Source: Basidiobolus meristosporus CBS 931.73
Lineage: Eukaryota > Fungi > Basidiobolomycota
Assembly: GCA_002104905.1 (NCBI GenBank)
Contig: MCFE01000712.1
Span: 1 to 42,839, forward strand
Length of the DNA stretch: 42,839 nt
Direction of reading: 5' to 3'
Position numbers and translations under genes: made by a program. The notes beneath the pieces were generated by a model, which saw only the letters and a program-made list of their open reading frames with translations, searched no databases and was not told where the DNA came from. Positions 37,619-42,839 of this stretch are shown piece after piece. Positions within the stretch are counted from its first letter, which is position 1. The number at the start of each line of letters is the position of its first letter.

Positions 37619-38156
37619 TTAGGGTGAGGGGGGAGGAAAGTCACCAAGTGGTGAAATCTTTATTTACTTATGACAAGTATCTAAAGAAGCCAAGTTAATA
37701 TGAAGTAATTCCTAGAAAGCTAGGTCTGAGAGATATCTTCCTGGTAAGCCAGGTCTGAGAGTTGAGAAGCTGAGTGGTACTATATTTCCTAGTTAACTAG
37801 GTCTGAGAGAGGTTTCCTGGAAAGCCAGGCCTGAGAAGTGAGAATCTGAATATATCTGAGCTAAGTTATATACTGGTTTGCGGTAGCTGAATTGTGGCCG
37901 GAATGGCCAGTAGACTGGGGGAACTGAGTGGAATATCTGGGCAATCACTGGCCAAATTTACTAAGCAAATCTGGCCAATTAGCATTTCAAGGATTTCAGC
38001 CAATCAGAGCCTTTACTTTGCGCAATAGTTCATCAAGCCATCTCCCAATGAGCACACATCAATTTATTAATCAAATTTTGCTGGATCCAGGATTTGAACC
38101 CACAACCATGGGTATGGAAGGGTTAGGGATAACCACAAGGCTAAGTGTTCTTGGTT
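37619..38156 (-). mobile_element. SINE-like non-autonomous element: tRNA-derived head, hairpin-repeat body, LINE-type 3' tail ending in a telomere repeat
   Basis: On the minus strand: A-box-like TAGCCTTGTGG (38143-38133) and B-box GGTTCAAATCC (38100-38090) at tRNA spacing. The tail at 37619-37692 is nearly identical to the tails of both LINEs. Confidence 0.72.
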
Positions 38157-40139
38157 GGGTTAGGGGGGAGGAAAGGGTTAGGGGAGGGAAAGTCACCAAG
38201 TTGGTGAAATCTTTATTTGAGTTAAGAACTAATCTAAGTACAAATAAAGAAGCCAATTAAGAGGTCTAGAACCTCTCTAATAAGTAATCTAATTTATGTT
38301 TTGTTTCATCTCTAATGTTTGTTTCAATAAAGTGAAGCTCATCAGAGGTAAATATAAAATTCAAGGGTTTTGGGGGAAGTACAAATTGTAGATGTTTCTG
38401 ATCAATATAATCCAAGACTGGAACCCAGCCTGGAATTAGGTGTAGTAGGAAAGGTGTGTGGACTTGTAAGTAGCTCTGCCACATAGATCTTAGATGGTCC
38501 TGAGCCAGTAGTCTTCGTTTCTCAGCTTTTTGAAGTTTTGAAGCAAGCTCTGTTACTACAGCAGAGCCAACCAGGGTGTGCCAGCAAGAAGATTTCAGGG
38601 AGGAGTTAGATTGAAGCCATTGTTTGATGGAGGGGTTATGTGATTTCTGAAGTTTGACCAGGAAGGAAGCACGGAGATAGATCATTTGGATTTGGTATGG
38701 GTAGAACCCAAAAACTCCATTAGTTGCATGGATATAAGGAGATACTGGAAGATAAGGTACCAAGGATCTGATACACTGATGGAGAAATTTATCCAGGCGG
38801 TGAAGTTCTCTGGAGGTTAGGGGTATAATGTGGAGACCAAATTCAAGTACCGGCAGTACATACTGCTTCAGAAGTATAGGGATCTTTTGAATTGGAGTGT
38901 CTGGAGTGACTACTACCAGAAGCTTTTTGAGAGCCTGTTGGGCAAGACGGATCCTATTATTCAGGTGGAGCTTTGAGTCAATCCCATGTTGACAAAATGG
39001 CAGACCTAGATATATTGCAGTTTGTTGTGGCAGAATGCTAGTGTTCTGAATAGTTGAAGTGCACCCAATTGGGACTGTCTTGGAAATTGAGAGTGAGAGG
39101 TTGTTGGCAGCCAAGTACTTCTCAATGATGGCAGTGTCTGCTATGGGATTAGGAGTAGCAATCTTGATATCATCTGCATAGAGAGTTAGTAGTGGATAGG
39201 GAGAGTCTGGTGAGGGGCCTTTTGGAAATAAAGGAAAGTCGTGTAGGAATATCACAAATAGTAAGGGACCTAGTACAGATCCTTGGACTACTCCATTTGG
39301 AACCTCATAAGTCTCTGATGTACAACTTGGATGCAAAATTTTGGCTGAGTTCTCACAAAATAGAGAACGTACAAGAAGGGTCATTGGTAGTGTGGTAACT
39401 GCTAATAGCTTTCTCCAAAGCAGAGCTCTGTCCACAGAGTCAAAGGCTTTAGTAATGTCAAACAGAATGGTTGGCAATGAGAATTGAAGTGAATGATCAT
39501 CGCTTAGCACTACAGCCATATCCAAGGAGAGTTTGGGCAAGAATCCAAACTGGGAAGGATGGAATGGATATAGTTGAGATTGCAAGGATCTTACTATTAT
39601 AAGCTCAAATATTTTCCGGCAGGTTGGTAGGAGCAAAACTGGCCGGTAAGAACCTGGGAGTGAGTGTTTCCCCTTCCCTTTGTATAAGGGTATTACATTT
39701 GCCTGTGACCAGGCCTTTGGGGTAGTCAATTGTTGGGCACAGATAGAGTAGAATGGGAGAAGTAAGTGACTCATTTTGGAGTAGCACACCCGGAGTAGAT
39801 TGTAGGTAATCAAGTCATGTCCAGGTGCAGTATTTGCAGGAAGCTTCTTTAAAATTTTCTCCAGAAGCTTTGCTGAAGCCAAAATTGGAGATGTTGGACT
39901 GCTAGATATGTTACCAGTATGGTAGAAAGGAGGAGTGGAATGCACGGTTGAATCAAAGAATATAGGGGCCAGTTTGTCTGGTGATGGTATACTCCTTGCT
40001 TGGGGTCTCATGGCTTTGTATACTCTTGATATAGACCTTGTGGTGGCATTCATATTTACTAAGGGCAAGGTATCCATGATATGAGCCCATAATCTAGTAT
40101 GCTCAGTGATCTGTAGTGACTTGGAGTAGGAGATTGCGC
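38157..40139 (-). mobile_element. 5'-truncated non-LTR retrotransposon (LINE) copy 2
   Basis: RT ORF on the minus strand; 3' tail at 38157-38255; 5' end abuts TTAGGGTAGGGTTAGGG at 40140-40156. Confidence 0.93.
38266..40139 (-). CDS. Non-LTR reverse transcriptase, uninterrupted but 5'-truncated; the annotated ORF start at 40209 reads through junction sequence
   Basis: APGHDLITY, YRPVLLLPTCRKIFE, QFGF, FDITKAFDSVDR, GVVQGSVLGPLLF, LYADD, YLG motifs. Confidence 0.9.
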
Positions 40140-40186
40140 TTAGGGTAGGGTTAGGGGGAGGAAAGTCACCAAGTGGTGAAATCTTT
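40140..40186 (-). mobile_element. Tail-only (abortive) copy of the telomeric LINE 3' end between TTAGGG remnants
   Basis: TTAGGGTAGGGTTAGGG-GGAGGAAAGTCACCAAGTGGTGAAATCTTT, immediately followed by TTAGGG (40185-40190) and the tail of the next element. Confidence 0.75.
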
Positions 40187-42618
40187 AGGGGGGGGGAGAC
40201 AGTCACCAACAGGTGAAATCTTTATTTCAGTTGAAACAAAGAAGCCAGCGCTACTGTTGTAGCTTTGATACAAGAGTGTGTAGCTGAGGGGAATTAGTAG
40301 GTAAGTTAATAAGAAGTGATGATAGTTCTTCAGTGCTCAAGAGACTGTTCAGTGGGAAGGGGGGTAGCAAGAGAGGTAAGAATGACTTGTGAACAACATT
40401 AATGAGGGGAATGTGCTAAGGATTGATATTCATCATAAATGGAGTGTGCTGCTGCAGATATTGCTGCCAAAAGTCTGTCAAGTACTTCAGGTAGGCCAGC
40501 TTGGGTTTTTCTGACTGCAGAATAAATTCAGCAAACTTCTTGACTTCAGGATCTCCAAGAATAGTTCTCCAGCAGGAGCCAGGTGTTGTGTGGTGTGTTC
40601 TCTTCCAGGCCTTAATCAGTGGGTTGTTGCAGTTGTGAAGTCTGAGGTATAATCTGGTTCTAAGGTAGAGAAGTCTGATCTTATAGGGCATAAACCCAAA
40701 AGCACCAAGAATAGCATGTCTGTAGGGGCATTCAGGCAAATGAGGCACCAAGGAGGTAATGCACCATACTGCAAACTTGTCAAGCTTAGTGCAGTCTCTA
40801 GAAGTAAGAGAGAGAAGTGGTAAGCCAAATTCCAGGACAGGGAAGACAAACTGCTTGAGTAGAAGGAGGCAGCTGGGAGCTGAAGTTGTAGGAGGAGTAA
40901 CAGCCAGTAGCTTGTGGAGTGCCTGTCTTGCTAGGATAATTCTCTTCTTCAGGTGTGCTCCAGAGTCTAGTCCAGTAGGAAGGAAAGGAAAGCCAAGATA
41001 TGTAGCAGAAACCTGAGCAGGTAGAGTGGAGTTCTCCAAGTTGATGGGAGAGCCCAAAGGTACTGTCTTTGCAATGGAAAGCTGGAGATTATTCTTCTGC
41101 AGATACTGGCGGATGGTCTGGGAGTCTTGTTGCACATTGGAGGAGGATATTCTGATGTCATCAGCAAAGAGAGTAACCAGGCAGTCAGCTGAGAGTCTTG
41201 GGAAATCATTCAGGAAGATGGCAAACAGTATAGGACCAAGCACAGAGCCTTGAACCACTCCATTAGGAACTGAGAACACTGGTGATTGCTCACTTGGGTG
41301 CAGAATTCTTGCTTGTGGATCCAGAAACAGAGACCTGACAAGGAGGGTGAGAGAGGTACTGGAGAAGCATTGCAACTTGGACCAAAGCAGATTTCTGTCA
41401 ACTGAATCAAAGGCCTTAGTAATATCAAACAGAACTGAGGGATACTTGCACTGGAGAGAGTGATCTTGGCTAAGTATGACTGCATATTCCAAGGAGAGGC
41501 CAGGAACAAAGCCAAACTGTGCAGGATGAAACTTGAGGGAGTCAGAGTAGAGCTCCTGAGCAAGCAGAAGCTCAAACACCTTTCTGCAGGTGGGCAGCAG
41601 AGATATTGGCCTGTAGGAGCTAGGATCCAGGTGCTTTCCTTTACCCTTGTACAGTGGCAGAACATTTGCAAAGGACCATTCCTCAGGAGTAGAAAGCTGG
41701 GCTGAGCATTGCTGAAACAGTGGAAGCAGAAGTGCAGACATGGCCTTGGTACTAGTCTTCAGAAGCTCATAAGAGATTGTGTCCACACCTGGAGCAGTAG
41801 AGTTGGGAAGCCTCTTGAGCACATTATGAATTCTCCTTTGATCAAGTGCAAGTGGAATGGGCAGAGTCTTGAAGTCAGGATGAAAGCCAGGAGTTGAGTA
41901 CTGCTTTGTAGAGAAGAAGATGTTAGCCAGCTGCTCTGTTGAAGGTAACTTCCTGGAAGAGGGCCTCATTGCCCTGTAGAGTCTTGATACTGTTCTTGTT
42001 ATAGAGTTGGAAGATTGCAGAGGCAAGGAACTCATAATATGATCCCAGAGCTGAGTATGCAGAGTGTGGTGAATTGCCTTGGAGTGGTGTATTGCTGTCA
42101 GGAGGAGATTCTCTGTTTTTGGGTTAGGGAAACTCAGGTAGCTTTGTTGCAGGGCTGAAACAATGGATTCCCATTTTCTTGAGGTAACAGCAGTAGTCTT
42201 GCATGGCAGTGAGAGGGAGGCAGACACCAGAATCAGATGCTTCACAAAGAGCCAGGCATAGTTGAGATCATCTGGCAGAGAAAGTAGCAAACTGGCAAGC
42301 TTCAAGTAGTTCCCAAAGTCTTTCTTCTGATTCTTGGTAGCTTTGTGGGTGAGCACAGTAAGTTTTGACAGCTTCTTCTTCACAACTGGTTGCATAGAAA
42401 GGGACCAGGCTGGGTGGTCAGAGGCTCTCAAGGATCCTAGCTCAGCTCCAGAGAATTGCTTGACTTCATTCACAAAGTAGAGGGCAGCAGCAGAAGGGCA
42501 GATCCAGTCAACACATCTTTTCTCAGATTGAGCACCTAGTGCTAGCAGATGGCTTTCTCTCAGGAAGTTCAGTAGGAATGTAGACCTTGGCTTCATTCTT
42601 GCAGTCAGAGTAGTCTTG
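40185..42618 (-). mobile_element. Terminal 5'-truncated APE-type LINE copy 1, capped by the telomere
   Basis: The ORF begins with the C-terminal part of an APE endonuclease (FLLNFLRESHL...VDWICPS...SDHP) followed by RT (YRPISLLPTCRKVFE, FDITKAFDSVDR, GVVQGSVLGP, LFADD). Tail at 40185-40247. Confidence 0.93.
40251..42618 (-). pseudogene. APE fragment plus RT ORF of LINE copy 1; in-frame TAG at 40418-40416, true stop at 40253-40251
   Basis: Translation past the TAG gives HIPLINVVHKSFLPLLLPPFPLNSLLSTEEL, which aligns with copy 2 WVPVLDYIDQKHLQFVLPPKPLNFIFTSDEL. Confidence 0.85.
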
Positions 42619-42684
42619 TTAGGGTTAGGGTTAGGGTTAGGGTTAGGGTTAGGGTTAGGGTTAGGGTTAGGGTTAGGGTTAGGG

Positions 42685-42725
<41 letters not shown>

Positions 42726-42839
42726 GGTTAGGGTTAGGGTTAGGGTTAGGGTTAGGGTTAGGGTTAGGGTTAGGGTTAGGGTTAGGGTTAGGGTTAGGGT
42801 TAGGGTTAGGGTTAGGGTTAGGGTTAGGGTTAGGGTTAG
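42619..42839 (+). repeat. Telomere, (TTAGGG)n, about 36 units to the window end, with one TTTAGGG variant at 42703
   Basis: Perfect hexamer tract with the G-rich strand running 5'->3' to the end of the sequence. Confidence 0.99.

Noticed and set aside
37711-37836. CRISPR-like array
   Set aside because: Eukaryotic context, only four short units, and the spacers are themselves duplicated.
37709-37850. Hammerhead ribozyme in the hairpin array
   Set aside because: CTGAGAG does not fit CUGANGA, and I could not build the three-way junction by eye.
38080-38150. Functional tRNA gene
   Set aside because: The acceptor and T stems do not pair properly; kept only as a tRNA-derived head.
40140-40209. 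N-terminus MVTVSPPLKISPLGDFPPPNPTL as the real start of the 647-aa ORF
   Set aside because: It is translated junction sequence (tail hairpins and telomere repeats), not element coding sequence.
37619-42618. Penelope-like (Athena/Coprina) or telomerase identity for the telomeric RTs
   Set aside because: The motifs (YRPISLL, DITKAFDSV, QGSVLGPxLF, SDH remnant) are those of APE-type LINEs.
42703-42709. TTTAGGG variant in the telomere
   Set aside because: A single-base homopolymer variant, within telomerase slippage or sequencing error.

Overview
Right-hand end of a fungal chromosome. The sequence has short GT-AG introns, an OLE1-cytochrome b5 fusion and a terminal (TTAGGG)n tract; an early-diverging lineage is plausible but is inference. 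Left to right: (1) 1-11.3 kb: two decayed Ty1/Copia LTR retrotransposons, a nested solo LTR and a duplicated spacer. (2) 12-28 kb: a CpG-rich gene island (peroxisomal ANT1-like carrier, eIF3k, RPL4, a secreted Gly/Asn/Tyr repeat protein, an orphan, importin-alpha, OLE1) with Copia solo LTRs. (3) 29-33 kb: a tandem pair of Arg/Tyr/acidic repeat-protein genes. (4) 33-37.6 kb: CpG-depleted decayed DNA with a D-amino-acid-oxidase-like pseudogene. (5) 37.6-42.8 kb: the most interesting part, a polar head-to-tail array of telomere-associated non-LTR retroelements. It contains a tRNA-headed SINE-like unit, two divergent 5'-truncated LINEs and abortive tail-only insertions. All share one 3' hairpin plus C-rich/CCCTAA tail and all are joined through TTAGGG remnants. 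The last LINE is cut inside its APE endonuclease domain and capped directly by the telomere. All calls are from reading the sequence; no database searches were run.
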